Source of the DNA: Spizellomyces punctatus DAOM BR117 | Taxonomy: Eukaryota | NCBI GenBank assembly: GCA_000182565.2 | Contig: KQ257452.1 | Reading direction: 5' to 3' (one strand) | DNA length: 64,000 bases | In this document: in pieces, positions 12,001-26,351 of the stretch | Layout: every line of letters begins with the position of its first letter | Numbering within the stretch: position 1 is the first letter of the stretch | Program-made: the position numbers and the translations under genes | The notes under the pieces: generated by a model | Told to the model about the DNA's origin: nothing | The model's database searches: none | Seen by the model: the letters and a program-made list of their open reading frames with translations, nothing else

Positions 12001-15000
12001 GCACCAGTTCCGAACATAGCTATTTCCATTGCTCGCTGTGCCCTTCTCCGTTTCCATCGTCGCTTCTGGAATTGAATCCAGCCAGAGTAGTCTGAGTGCA
12101 TATCTGGCATATTCTCCGCCGGATCCAGATCCTGCAGTGCCGAGTCGTCATCATCCATTTGAGCTGAGAATTGCTTGTTCCGCTGTTTGCGCTTTCCTAG
12201 GATCTTTGAGGTCTTATGTACAACAGGCACGATCCTCCCATCTCTGAGGACAGACGCCTCTTTTCCTCTTGCAATATCTTCCAGATCTTGGACGCCATTC
12301 GCATTAGCGTTACCCTCGGCATTCTCTTCGTCGGACTGTACATCGACCGTTTCATTTCCCAACAGATTTTCGCCTTCACGGTTCTCCTTATCACCGATCG
12401 CTTTCTTCTGGAACATCTCAGTGATACGGTATTGCTTTGTCTTGTCATCCTTTGCAGCCACCCGCTTAAGCAGCCAGTCCGGATGTCGAACTCTAGGCAC
12501 AGGGTTTTTCACCCCTTGCATCGCCGCAGGGATTGTTATTAACTTTTGAATGACACTTCCAAATCGCTCCATATAGTACTTCCAATCCAAGATATCGCGG
12601 ATGTCGAAAGTTTGCAGACCGGGATCCTTTAACCACTTTCGCATGTAATGTTTTCGGACCCCTGGATCCGCCTGGAAAATTACTACCGGAATGGCTCGCT
12701 CGCTAACAGGCTGACCGAATGGTTTGGCGGAAATGATAAATTTGCAGTTCAAACCTTTGTCCTTGACCATCTGATCCCCTAAAAACTCGGCCAATCGCTT
12801 TGCGGTACTAATCGAGGTGGACTTTTGCGCCCCGTAGTCCTCCAAGCTCTTACTCATACTTCGGTTCTCCGAAATGAGATCGAATAGTTCGTTGTCCCCA
12901 ACACCGGCCCCTTTGTTGTACAAAACATCCAACCATTGATTGGCAACATTTGCGACAGCAGCATAACATTGTTCGAGCGTTCCTCCTTCCAAAAACACCT
13001 TAAAGAGCTGGCTTTGGAAGATTTTGATTAACTTCAGCTCTCCTCGCCGTTTAACTTCAAATCCCTTTAATTCAGCTAATGATCCATCATCATTGAAGAC
13101 AGCGTAGCGCTTTTTTAACAGCTTGTCCTCCTCGGTACTCGATGGCAAAATCATGGCACGATATGGGCCGTCTACCTCGAAGAAGATACTATTCTCGCTG
13201 CGCGTCGTGTATGAATTTTGAGCAGGATCATCGAGCTCCTGATATTGGTGATTTGTGAACTGATCATGCACTAAATGATTTAACATGACACACGGATAGG
13301 ATATAGGAAATACTTTGCCGTTTTTGAGTTTGAAGGCAAAATTTTCTGGGAAGGTTGCGGGGAAAATACACCAAATACCGTCCGTATCTAGTTCGAGAGG
13401 TCTTCCGATTTGCTCAATCCGAGTCCGCGCCAATTGAATAATGGTGGCCCCAGTTAAACACACTATACCAGCCATCTCCATTGAGTACCATCGAGCACCC
13501 TTTCGCATCACATATCCGTAGAAGGAATTCAGAATACACCTAACAATTTCCCGTCAGAATGAATGTAATTGTTTCAACACCTTTGAAGGAACTCACTTGT
13601 GTGCCAACTGAAGCGAATCGTACACTACAATCAGCTTTTTGGCCTCGTCAACTTTCGTCAAATCGCCCGCAGTCCCAGCATCATCCAACTTCTTCTTCCA
13701 GGTCTTGAGCAAGCCTTTATACTCATAACGCCTATCACGGAATGCTCGCACAGTATCCACATAGAAGGAATTTTCCCTCTGGCACACAACACTTTCCTTA
13801 GGCACCACTTTTGTCTCGTGGATTTTATTATACACCTTCCGACTGTAGGTCGAGAGGCGCTTTTTGATCTGAGTTTGCTGCTCGTGCAGCCGTAACTCAT
13901 GGAACGCCCGCGGAGGATCTGTAGGCAGTTTCCCAGGAAACTTTTCTTGCTGCATCTGATTTCGAATCATGTTGTACTCGCTTCGCTTCGCAGGGAAGTA
14001 TTCTCCTCTCCACGACCATAACATTTTCCGCTGACAGGTACTTCCAGGACCCTGATTGAAGTCACATGCAGCGCAGGTTTCTTCATCAACGATTGCATCG
14101 GGTTGCAGACGATTCGTGAGAATGATGTTGGGATACATTGCGGCGACGTCCAAATGGTAAATCGATGGCTTTTCCAGTCGGTTGGGAATCTCGCGGAGAT
14201 TAGCGAGCGCTTCCACAATTTGTGCTCGCACCTTCGTAAAACCAACGCTGTCAATAACAAACCGGCAAAGGACTGAAAGCCTGCATGCTATACCTCGTCA
14301 TAATTCGTCACATCTTCAAGCTTCAGATTTCCCTCCACCACAATACTGAACTTGAGAGCCTGATCTATTTCGTCGATAAGCTGCATAATCCAACCACATC
14401 TCAATTTGTTTGTTTATGAGACCCCACTAAATGCACCAAAAGTCCATGTACCTGCTGGAAAGCCTCAGGTACCAATCGAAATTTAACCGGCAGATCACTT
14501 CGAAAAACACCGGCTTCTAGCGCTTCGACATGTCCTCCCACATATGTTTCACTTTCCAAAAGATGGCCTTCGAAAAACTGGCCTACTTTGTCGACATGCT
14601 TATTAGGCATAATTACGTTCGCTTTGTACGCTTGCACCTGCATTCAGCAGAGTTTAGATTTCGCCTTGATGGCTTTTATGTCAACGTACCATTAGCAGCG
14701 TTTCACATAGCGTTCCTGAACCTCTACGCAAAACGTCATCTGGGTTCATGGGAATGATATTGCAGAGAGAAAAGATGAAAGGATGGACATATTTCATGTA
14801 CAAATAATACGTTGCCACCGCATCGGAGACGGAATATTGAGCCAAGACCTGTGGCTGTTCAGCAGCAAATCTGGATAACTGGTAAGAAATAAGAAGCGGG
14901 TAAAGGGTAAAAACATAAAATTACCTAGTCATATCTTCCGGGTCCAATTCCATCGGATTGTAACCAAGCTTTGCAGTTGTCACCGCCTACAGAGTGTACG

Positions 15001-16985
15001 CGCCCAAATTCATCAGGACACAATGCTGGGGAGCGGTATCGTGAAGGCAACTTGCCTTCAGACCTTGGCTACCCTGGGGTAGATAACTATCACGCTTCAC
15101 CCAGCACAGGGCATCCATGTGAATCGCGTAGTAAGATTTGTACTCATTGCTATTGTCCTTAGAAAATCCTATTTCCTATAGCAGAAAATGGTTAACTGGT
15201 GAAAAGGCCCGACAACTGCGTCTTATACATCTACCCACCTCATTCATGTCAATGCCATGGACTCTCGCTCGGGTTTCAACAAAAGGCCAATCGAACCAAT
15301 CTCCGTTGTATGTCACAATTACGGTGGGACGGCACTCCTGAACGTGCTCAAAAAATCTTCGGAGAAGCGATTCCTAACATACAAAAAATGGCTTGGTTCT
15401 GCGCAACACACATTCAAGAAGGCTGCAGCGATCATACTTCATCTGGCTCATTGAACACTGTGAAATTCCCGGGATATTCAGGTTTTGAAGTGTACACGAA
15501 ATCGTCAATGTCCTCTGATACAATTTCTCGATTTGTGATAAGGTAGCCCTGAAGATGTGCGTCTCAGTGCAATGCGCCTTATAGTGAGTAAATTATGAAT
15601 GTTGGGACACTTACTAGGCCATCTATCATATATGAAATCATCATGATCGCATCAATCGTGGCATCAGGAAACTTGAGCGGTAGCTTTGTTGTCTCAATAT
15701 CAAAGGCCAGAACCACAGGATCGGCACGCTTGACCTTATCTGGTCGTGGTTCTAACAAAATCGACCCTTGCAACGCTTTGACAGTGTACCACAATCCAAC
15801 TCTTAGGTCTGTCAAGAGGTCAAAGTCACTAGACATTCGTGTATGAGAAACAAACAGGCGCTTCCAACTCACCACAATCTATGGCAGCGCGTGTGTAATA
15901 TGTAACGTCATACTCTCTCAGATCTATGACAAAGTCCAGCGCATCTCGGTGGTTTTTTTGAATTGCCTGTTCCGCAGCGTTTTGTTGGTTTGTCATTCTA
16001 AACAGCCCAATGTCAGATATGCAATCATACCGAGATGATTCAAGAACCACCTACTCGGCAACTTCATCATACGCTCCAGATGTTTCCTGCTTGTGTCGAT
16101 TTCTAGCAACAGCCGGTAGTAGCATCTTTCGAACAGAGAGCAGGTTCTGCACGTTCCAGAACTTCAGCTTCAGAAGCGTTCGCTTGTTTCCGAGAAGATG
16201 ATTCGCCTATTGATAGAAAGTTTGTGAGCATCGTGATACTAGGCGCCAGTTGGGCGACACCCGCGATGACGTACCAAATCGAGATCGTCTTTTTCAACTC
16301 TTTCGACGGAAAGTATGACCTTGTCAAACCGGCGTCGAATGTACTCTTCAACGTCTGCTTCGGTGCCAGGCTGCGACCCCGTAGATGTCAGCGTTTTGTA
16401 AAGGAATGTTGAGCTCAACATTAACAAATCACACTGCTCACCTTGCAGAGCACAAAAAAGTACGGCTCGTATATGATTGTCGCCTTAAAAGAAGCGCCAT
16501 CTTCATCCAGAAAGTACAAATCTACAGCTGCCTTTCCACTGGGCCATTCACCATCGAACAATACCGTCTAACATATTTGCGTCAAACCCCACTGTCCCTC
16601 AACAGCCCTCTAGGAAATGTCGTCTTACCGGATGCATATTCACCATCCAACCCAGCCGCTCCGGACCTTCCGTATATCGATAGAACCCCATCTTCTCATC
16701 CATTTCATCCCGTACACGAACCTCCTCTTTACGAAAATCGAGAGTATCCATGTTTTCCACAAACGGTTCGACAACCACTTCGGACGGTCCATCTACGTTT
16801 AGTCCAGAAATGGGAGCCTCTGTTCCACCAGAAGCATCATTTTCTGGTCGGTTAGCAGGATCCTCTCCAGTTGTTTGGTTTCTTTCATATCCTCCTATTC
16901 GTCGTCGCAGGCCATTGGAACGACCACCCTTCCATTTCCCTCGCCATTTGCCCCTTCCTCCTCGCGGCGGAATGCCAAATGTCAT
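9048..16985 (-). CDS. POL2: DNA polymerase epsilon catalytic subunit, multi-exon
   Basis: Motifs [16 protein letters not shown] (Exo I), [27 protein letters not shown] and [11 protein letters not shown], plus C-terminal Cys clusters (CEYCN..., CPCC, CTRC..CERC). Confidence 0.98.
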
Positions 16986-17584
16986 ATTGTTCCAGCGGTA
17001 GTTTTCATAAAAGTTGGTGATTTAATAGGAGGATAATAAGATGTAAGTGTGGGCGGCTTGGTATGCAGCAGGACAATGTCCGTTGTGGAATACGCTGGAT
17101 ATCTCAAAGCTGAGATTCTCAACTCGATCCTGGACGCGGTGCTCGATGTCCGAAGATTCGGCCGGACATATATGGTTATATGACGTTCAAGCTTAGGTAA
17201 TCGACTCTTTGAGGCTGTACAAGAAACACAGCAGCGCATGCGTTAAACCAGGTTTGATGTCATGGCCATACCGCCGTAGCAATTGCTATGAAATAGTGCA
17301 GTGAATGAATGCAACCACAACGAACCCACAATGGAAGAAATTACAAATATATTAAATTCAAACCGCTGTGTTAACCACTGTGTGGTGTCCCATCACATAC
17401 TCGATAGGAGTTGTAGAACCAGTAAAAAAGGATTTAATGTACATACAGACATTCTATTCCCAACATTATATGACATGTGCATTAGTAAAAATAAATGGGA
17501 ATGTACTCCCTTATATCCAGAGCCTCTATGTATCGTGAACCCCCCATTCTTGAATCATCTATACGTACAACAGCCCATCAAACC

Positions 17585-20500
17585 TCAACGATAACCTCCA
17601 TAACCAATATAACCGTCACTGTATCCTCCAAAGCCGGTATGTCCATTATTTGTACCATATCCACCCGGAGGAAAAGCTGGCGCCGGACCAGATCTCGTTC
17701 GTGTATGTCCAGGACGTGCTCCCATGTAGTGAGTCCCGCTTGGTGGTCCCGGGTGAACCATAGGCATCGTAGGCAATGGCGGAACGGGAGGTATTTGCTG
17801 CTGGTAATAAGCTACTAACCCGCCGCCGCCGTACCAATCTCCATTGTCGCTTTTGGAACTTCCCAAGCGGCCTGCCGACGTAGATCGCAATTTACTGTTG
17901 CCAACCCCTTGCCATCCCGTCTCGTCGGTCAACATTTCTTTTGGGTTCCACCCACTTCTGGATCGACGGCGACCTTGAGGTGTTTTACTCCGTGGTGGCA
18001 CTCCTACCATTCCTCCTATCATTCCTGCAATCATTCCGCTTGAATCTGGGGGAGGCCCCGACACACCAACCGTCGCAATACCAGAGGCTTCTGAGACGGA
18101 AATCGCCTCCATCAACCTTCTTCTTGCCTCGCGCTCCTCTTCTTTCAATCGTGCTTCCTCGGCCACTGCCCGTACTCGAACGTGTCCAACAGCCTCCTGA
18201 AGACATCGCAGGTCCTCCGCCGCTTTCATAACCTTCCATTGTCTTTCCTTGCGTTCACGTTCAGCGCGTATGATATTATGCCTTGCCGCACGCTCGGCGG
18301 CGTGCTGTGCTCGTTCTTGAAAATGCTGTAACAGATGCGTGCGTTGTGATGTGATTTTAGCATGGAAAGATTCTAGAAGGGAGGTGATGGTCGTTCCGGA
18401 AAGCAGCGCGGGTGTGCGACAGGTGCGATGGAAGTGCGCGACGAGGCGGTTCACATTATCGTCAAAGTGCGAAACATCCTCGTAGTAGCCATCGGCAATC
18501 TATACAGAAACCTGTTGGTACAACTTCTTGAAAACAGCTGTATCTGGCATCAGATGGATACCTTATTCGTAATTTCGTCTTGTCCCTTGGCCAATAGAGA
18601 CCGACAACGAGCAATAGCCATTTCGTAGTTTTTGATAACAAAGGTGGCAAGAAACGCATCAATGGGATGCACTTTACCACGCTCGTCCATTTGACCCATT
18701 GATGCCTGGTGAGCAATTCGAACATCAGCACCTGGTCATTCTCGCGCAGAGACGCGTCAGTCATCATACCAAAAGTTCCTCTTCCCGTCTTCTCCAAAGT
18801 TTTCCTCTAGTGTCCACATCCAAGCTGTCCCGAACAGCAAGAGTAGACTTTCGGGCACATTCGTCATGCCGTTTGCGGAGAGCTGCTAAATCCATAGGCA
18901 TGTCCGGTACTGCTACCGCTGCCATTAGGTCTTCATCTGCGAGAATTGAAAATTAGTTAGTACGTAAGCGCAAGATTACCCACTCATGCTTTAGTGGAAC
19001 ATACATTTAGATCTCGCTGTCTGCTGTACCATTTTCCATCTTCGGTCTGGGAGGAAACGTAGGTTTAAGCAGAGATAACATATAGTGCTCTCGGCATATG
19101 TAACCCACCATACGTCTCTTGCCATAAGGATGTCAGATCCAGGGGCTCACTCTTATTTAACACGTCGCAGCAAAGAACCAGCAGGTTAGCCACGGCTACA
19201 AACCGGCAGCTTTGTCAGCTTTTGCGAGTTGCTTCCGAGTCAGAACATGAGATGGCTAGACTCCACAATGTACCTTTGCCTTTCAGAGGAAGCGCCATCA
19301 TATCCCCTCGTAACGCCCAGGCTTTCTTGACGTCGGTTGTCCTTCCAAGGGCACTAATCATCCGCTCCATACGTCGCCGGTATGCGTTGGATTTTGGCCG
19401 TCTCGGTGGATTATCCGCGGACTCATCGACAGGGGGCAATTCCTCCTTAGGAGATGGGGATGGGATGCTGTAGAGTGACTGGTATGGAAACAGTTTTGTG
19501 AGTACTGCCCGAACCATCTCAGTCGTCTCATTGGTCTTAAGCTGGTTTGGTGGGTGGAGCATGGCATCGAGGAAGTTAGCGTCGTCGTCTGACGTTTTTG
19601 TGTCGGCGTCTAGAAGGACCCAAACCAGCTTTGGGAGGCACAATGAAAGTACGTCCAGGCAAGTCGAAGGGTCGATGAGTTTCGGAAGTTCGCCAAATGC
19701 TCTATAAAATTCGTTAGTGGTTCGAGCATAGCTTTTTAATGGCCTTTGAACGTCGCGGTCTTACCTAAGTGTGCGCAGCGCTGCATCATCGAACCTCTCT
19801 CTCCCAACAACCAGCACCGATGATGCGATGAGCATCACTAGGGCAAGAAGGTTGAGTTCCCGGTCAAGGACTGTGTCGGTCCCTTCCAATCCAGGCGTAT
19901 CAAGGAGGAGCACTTTCTTTGGCATGACTTGGGGCATTCCACTTGAGTTCATATCTCTCCGATTGTGGTTGCCCTGCGCATCCGTCTCCCACCATGGGTC
20001 CACAGTCATAAACGATATTCCCTGTTGTGACGGCTTTCTCGGGTTCTTTTCTTCCGCTACAGGAAAGCGCTTTCGGCTTTTCGCAATTCGGTTTAGCACG
20101 CTCGACTTCCCAATGCCACTCCCACCAATTGCAGCGATTACAAAGACATCCGCCTCGATTCTCCGTAAATGTTCGAGTCCTTCACGCCGAAGAAAGAGCG
20201 TCCCGTCTGAATCGACATCTACAAGGCGGATAATCGCAGTCGATCGGTGCGAAGATGATGATCTCGACAGACAGGATGTAGGAGTAAGCGCAGTCGATGC
20301 TGAAGACCCCGAGGTGGTAGAGGGGAGACTGGGTGGTGGGGTACTGAGGTAATTCAGAATTGGCTCCGACTTTGCGGGTTTGAGTCGGGATTGAGGCGTG
20401 CTGGGAAGTTGAAGAAGCGATTAATAACCTGCAAATCCCACTGTAATGTGATCTTTTTTTTGTAATTCGCGCACCTGGTAGAACTCGGGTTTCTAGCCCG

Positions 20501-20824
20501 CTCAGTAGACGAAGGAGTTTTAGGCCGCACGGGATTAACAGGGGTGGTGGATGTGATAAGTGCTTCCGGCGATATTGGCCGAGCCAGCTCTTTCTTCATT
20601 TCCGACATACTTTTACTCCTCTTTCCAAATAACTTGAATGCTCCCAGGAAACCCTTCACTCCGCCCTTCCGCCCATCTGCGGATGACGCTTTCGACCCCA
20701 GTGAAGAACGAGCGTCATGGCTCTTTCTTGCCGAGTCAGAGGGTAGCGAAGGCGCTCGCCGTGAGGCCTCTATCGACGCGCTCCCACCTCCCCTAGACAA
20801 GTCAAGCAAGGCGTTCGGCGGCAT
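17585..20824 (-). CDS. Guanylate-binding protein (GBP)/atlastin-like large GTPase with low-complexity termini, multi-exon
   Basis: P-loop IAAIGGSGIGKSSVLN (~20090-20150), G3 LLLDTPGLEG, then LALVMLIASSVLV and PKLVWVLLD. C-terminal coiled coil and Gly/Tyr-rich tail. Confidence 0.75.
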
Positions 20825-21884
20825 ACTTGCACAAGCCAGGTGGTGGCAAGCTGCACCGACCCTCGATTACAGCGGACGACACACACACGACTTGGTAAGG
20901 TGTAGGGGAGGGCGTTTTAACAACGCGGCGTCGTGGGAAATGCTGACAAGATGGCGAGTATGCGAATTGAAATTCCAATATCTCGTCTGAGGTGTGAATG
21001 AAATATTCTGGCAAACGGTTGTCCAATCCTTATTGTCGGTTTCTGCATTCATGCAGCAATTCATCAGAGACTTTCCAGCTGGCCGCCGCTGCTTTATCTT
21101 CGAGCCCAGTTTCCCAATAGAAGCACGCGTTCCTAACGGATATTATCTACGCGCAGAAGCCTGTCCTTCTGTTAAGTAAGCGCTAATGGCAAGGTAAGCA
21201 ATAAAAAAAAGAACTTCCAGTGCTATGGTCGTCCTTGTTTTTCGTCCTTTGGCACTGTCCTGTTCATCTTCAGGGACAAGCATAACAAAGCACGAGAAAG
21301 CAATTTACCAGATGCGCGCCAAAAACGTATTTAAAAAAAAAGCCTCGGAGGGTTGGGATACGACGGGGGTGTGATGTCAAATAGACGAGAAGACGCAGAC
21401 AGCGTGGACACTCTGCCTCTTTTAGCTACTTTTTGCGTTTTGGCTTTGCATTCCATTTGACGTACTGGAATTTTCTTGTCAGCACGGGGGGGTACGTCGC
21501 ACAGCTACTAACAGCAGGAGTTTTGGCACACAATTGGATCGCTGCCGATTTTCTTCCTCGCCACTGGGGATGCCCGACAGCAACGGCGAATAGCCAACTG
21601 TCCATAGCGTTCTTGCCATTCATGACATTCCTACGGCTAGCAAAGTCAAGCTAGGGCAACCGCTTGGCAACCGCGATTACTTTCGCATCTCACGTACATT
21701 ATAATAGTAGTGAAAGGAATTTTTGGTTTGCTTATGTAAAAAGCATATGGGAAGATATAAACGGTTCAAAATACTTTTGCAATAACAAATTTACAACAAA
21801 ACATCAACTATCTCGCAACCCCAAAAAACTATGCTTCTTGAAGGATATGCCCCACGCTCACGCAACATATTGTTAGATTGTGTT

Positions 21885-24653
21885 TTAAGCATTGAAAGCT
21901 TTGCTTCCCCACTCCGGGATCCCCTTTGCGGGTTCTGGTCCACCTACAGGGGCAACCTGATTCGCTGCTTGTGCAACCTTTTCGTCGAGGCTAAAGATCA
22001 AATCACGAAGAGAGTCGGACACGGCCTGCTCGATTTGCTTCTTTGCCCGGCTTTGGAGGATGGGTTTCGCGATCTTGTACAGGAAGCTGATATTGGAAGA
22101 GTTACAAATAAGTCCTTTGTGTTCTAGTCACACGGGATGGGAACGCTACTTGATACTTACTCATGGTGGGAATCGTGGAGACGGAGGTCAAGGTTATGCA
22201 AAGTCGTTTCCACCTCAGCTGCATGGAGGAAGCGGCCCTTGACGTCATCGCTTGGAGCCGCACGGCCAGTTTCAGCACCTGGGATGATCTTGACCCGAAT
22301 AGAGAGCCCTTCACCCTTGATGTCAAAGTCTGCAAGACCGACATCACCCGCCTTCCAGAAACCAGAGTGCTTGTTGAACAACCATGCAATGTCACGAGCA
22401 GATGCTTCAATTTTGGAACTGAAGAGTGCAATGTTAACAGACTGAAAAACAATGCCAACAGAGGTAACCATTTAACTTACATTTCGAGAAGGATGTAGTT
22501 GTTGAATTGCTCGTTCGGGTCCTTCTTGCTAGCATCCACGGTGGTGTCGGTCACAATGTGCACATACTTGGGCAGAATAGTAGAGTGCAAAATAATGTTG
22601 TCGAAAATAAGGTGGTAAGTTCCGTCATCAACCTCAACACGAGGGATAGGTCTGGGAAAGTGATATCAGGGTCAGACCTGCACGGAAATAAAACCAAGAG
22701 AGCACGATACATACAGGTAAGCAAGTTTGTCGGCAATGGCCGGGATGCATTTTGCCAAGTCGCGAAGCAGCTCGGGTTTGAATGTAGGTTTGCCGCGTTC
22801 ATCGAGGAACAAATCATTGACCAAGGCGTTAGCATCGGATTGCAATCTTTGGGTGGTCTTGTTGGATGCGAGGGCTTGGGCGTAGTTGCGGCTCTCGTAC
22901 GAAATCTTTTGAGTGTGATAGTTGTACTTGTCCAAGGCCCGACGACCGCGTTCAACGAGTTCTTCAGCTTCACGGTCGTAGTTGGCCTGCTCAACGTAAC
23001 CGGGTTCGCGGATAGTCCGACGAAGGTAGGCGCCAAAGTCGTTCCAGAATGCGCGCAATTCCTGGTCCTCACGAGCTTCCTCGGCGAAGCCTTGCAATGC
23101 GACAATGAGAGGATCCAATGAGCGGCCGTTGGCAAAGTTCTCAATGAGCTGCTTTGCATTGGCGGTGGCGATGCGAGCTTCCCGAGATGCTTCAAGCTGG
23201 TTGGGATCAGTAGGGGCCTCAGCGGTCTTCGAGATAGCAGCGGATGCCGCGGTCTTGGCCTGCCAGCCAAGGGGCGCGAGGATGTCGAATATGTCGTCGA
23301 TACCGCCTTGGAATTCGGGCTTGGACTGAAGAGTCTGCAAGGACACCAAGTTGTCATCAGTATTCCGAGTAAACGACGACCAGGCGCTCATTGAACATAC
23401 CTTTGCAACGACCTTCACACGGCGAATGATGTCCCTGCGCTTATCTTCGGGCATGTCTACCAGTTTGCGGGCAACGCGCTCACCAGTCTGGCGAAGTTGC
23501 GAGTTGGGATCACGGAGTTGCGCGGTTGCCTGATTAGCCAGACTTCGGCCCTGCTCAATGGCCTGGTTTTTCAGCCCAGTCGCGGACTCCTCACCAGTGT
23601 GAAGCTTGGCGCCATGCTCACGAATGGCTCCAGATGTCTTGTTGACCGTGTCCTCAGGTAAGTGTCGTTCAGCTTGATTAGCGATGGTATCAACAAGGTT
23701 CTTTGCAGTATCGCGCAAAGTTGCCCCGCCCGCAAGAGAGTCACCGGCTGTGCGTCTTGTAGCATCCCCGGCTTCTTGTGCTTTGCGACTTTGCTCATTG
23801 GCAGCGTTGTACGCTTGTTGCTTCCCTTGCTCATAGGTTACCTGAGCTTGTTGCCTTCCCTGTTGAGCCGCACCTTGAAGGTCGTTGTTACGCACTGTTT
23901 CGCGAGTCCGGGCAGCCGTATCGCGTACTTGTTCTGGTGCATTAGGGTCGTTGGCAAGATCATCACTGGCTTCGTCAATGTTACTTCGGGCAATTTCTAG
24001 GACGCAAAAGAACAAGTTTATCAACCTTCTGCCATGGCTGCGATTTGCATGGATTTCAAACCACCTACCTTGGGCAATCTCGCTGATTTCACTTAGCAGT
24101 GACCGGAACTCGCCAGATGTTACAATCATCTTGGCGAGCTGCGCGGCCTTGGCGCCAGCCTGTACTAACTGGTCAGCAGCGGTAGATGCCTCAGAGGCAC
24201 TTAGTGGTTGTGAACGTCGAGCAGCGACTGAAAAATAACCGGAAATCAGGACACGCAACAATTAATCGGTGCAAGCGCGCGAGAACGATACATACGTCCA
24301 CCATAGTAAATGGTATTCTGCAGCTCGTTGTTGGGCATTGTTTGGGTAATGACCTTCTTGGTGTCATCTAGGATGCGCTCGGTATCCGCCAAGACCTAAG
24401 GAGAGAGATCAGAAAAGAATAAATAAATGGTTCCTTCACAAACTATAGTATATGCAACACGTCAAGGTATAAGAGATCTTTGTACCTTCTTTCCCGCGGG
24501 ACTCAAGTCTTTTGATACACCACCGAGGGACGCATCTTGCTGGATTTGCTGGATTCCAGAGACAGCCTGGGCGGTAGTTGGGAGTTTACCCTCCTTGAGG
24601 GCACCTGTTACTTCTCGTACTTTCTCAGCTCTCTGGCGTTCAATATCAGACAT
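21885..24653 (-). CDS. Conserved fungal DUF5923/DUF4449-type (BPI/TULIP-like) protein, multi-exon
   Basis: GALKEGKLPTTAQ, KMIVTSGEFRSLL, LIENFANGRSLD, ASARDIAWLF..SGFWKAGDVGLAD and a C-terminal WGSKAFNA, all typical of this fungal family. Confidence 0.75.
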
Positions 24654-25434
24654 TTCGATAGTTTGAGTAAAAAGAGATGAAATGGGATATCAGAGGGATA
24701 TGGAACAAAAGTGTTTGTGATTGATATTTGATAATTGAGTGTTGCTGTTCTTAATGGCAGTACAAGGAAAAGCCTCGAGAGATGCTCGTAGTCTCCCTTT
24801 TATATCCCCCGTCCCCCCGCCTCGAGTATCAAACTGCGTGATCTGCCACCCTCCGTCATACGACGTCATAAGGTGGTTACGTGTCTCTCGGCGACCCTTT
24901 TCCCATTGATATCATACAAGAATTTCCTGTCCAGCAGCCCAGGTGTGTGATGTCAGGTCCACTACGTTTTTGTTCTGAACAAGGTTTCCCCTTCGCGAAC
25001 ACATCTGCCACGCGTTTTTTAGACCTCCTACGAGCAAACGCAGAGGCACAAAATAAATATCCGCAATGGCGCATTTCGCATGTTGACCTTCCGCATGATG
25101 TGCATGGTTGCATCATTCCAAAGCCGCATTGTTCAAGAAAAAAAAAAAAAAACGTTGAGCAAAACTCTAATGAGCTCAGATGATGACGTCACACCTCCGA
25201 TCCGATACCTCAGCAAAGTTTCCCCCGAATATCATAGATTACTTAATCATACGCGACATGGACAAAGCAACGATTTCCTCAAGATATGACCATCTGGTTC
25301 AGCTGCAAGAAAATAATACACAGGCGAGCAACATTACATACACAAAAGATTCCAAAGAATGGTGTGCCATACAGTAATAGTATATGAAAATACGCTAGCA
25401 TGCAACCGGTCAAATAGTCTCTTTTACTACTGTA

Positions 25435-26351
25435 CTATACGCCAGTTGACGGTGGAGCGTCATATGCTTCCAACCAGCCCAAAGCGACGAACCAATCGTA
25501 TAATTTTCCAGTCTTGTTAACGTCCACTCTACACCATTTCTGAGCATCTCGTTTTTTAAAAGGCCCTCGCTCTGCTTTGGCGGTAAGAAGGGTTTCCTTT
25601 ATTTTCAGGTAGGTCTCTGGTAGAAGACGGAGTGTCGAACACGTGTGAAGTTCTTCGGGGGTGAGATGGCTATAATAAGGTGTTGCTGGGGTTATGAGAA
25701 GCGGTTCACCTGACAGCAATACAAGCACATGTTAATTATCTGTTTGTGAGAATAGAAAGATCCTTGTGAGCAAATACCTTTGGTCCACGTAATAACTGGA
25801 GCACCTTGGGTTGTGCCGGTTGTCTTTGGCATAAGCGCCATATCATCTGGTGAGAATCCCTCCGCAAAACGATTGGTCATGGGTTTTCTTCCGCCCCGTC
25901 CTCGCCGTCTAGGCCTTCCCACTTTCCTTCCAAAAGTCTCATCCTCACTGTCGCCATAAGCAACCCGCTTCCGCTTCCACGCCCAGAGCGCCTTTCGTCG
26001 TGCTTCGCGGTCAAATAGGAGTTGTGCGGGTTCCAAACGGTAGGCGGTGTACACGTCCAGCTTGATGATGCCCAATTCGCGCTTTTGGTCGCTGGTCAGT
26101 GAAGAGGGGAGGGAACGGTGGGGTACAGGAATCTTGCGGCAATTGTGGGACGCGGGGGAATTGACTACAGTTTTATGAGATGCGGCACAGGAGCATTGGG
26201 AGGTTGTAATGGTGGTGGATGGGCTACTCGTATGCACTTCGGACACGGGGGGAGAAGGAAAGGAAGGAGTCGGTGTTCCCAGTGTTTTGGAACATTCATC
26301 CGAAGGAGTAAGCGCTGAATGGTCCATCAATTCAGATGATACCGCCGACAT
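25435..26351 (-). CDS. SWIRM-domain protein (Fun19/YOR338W-like), 2 exons
   Basis: LTPEELHTCSTLRLLPETYL...FKKRDAQKWCRVDVNKTGKLYDWF..GWL; intron at ~25711-25778. Confidence 0.9.

Noticed and set aside
9048-16985. Intein or other insertion in POL2
   Set aside because: The conserved motifs are contiguous after splicing; no intein signatures.
22551-23357. 268-aa alternative-frame ORF and a 204-aa antisense ORF
   Set aside because: Both overlap the codon-biased DUF5923-like gene and are off-frame shadows.
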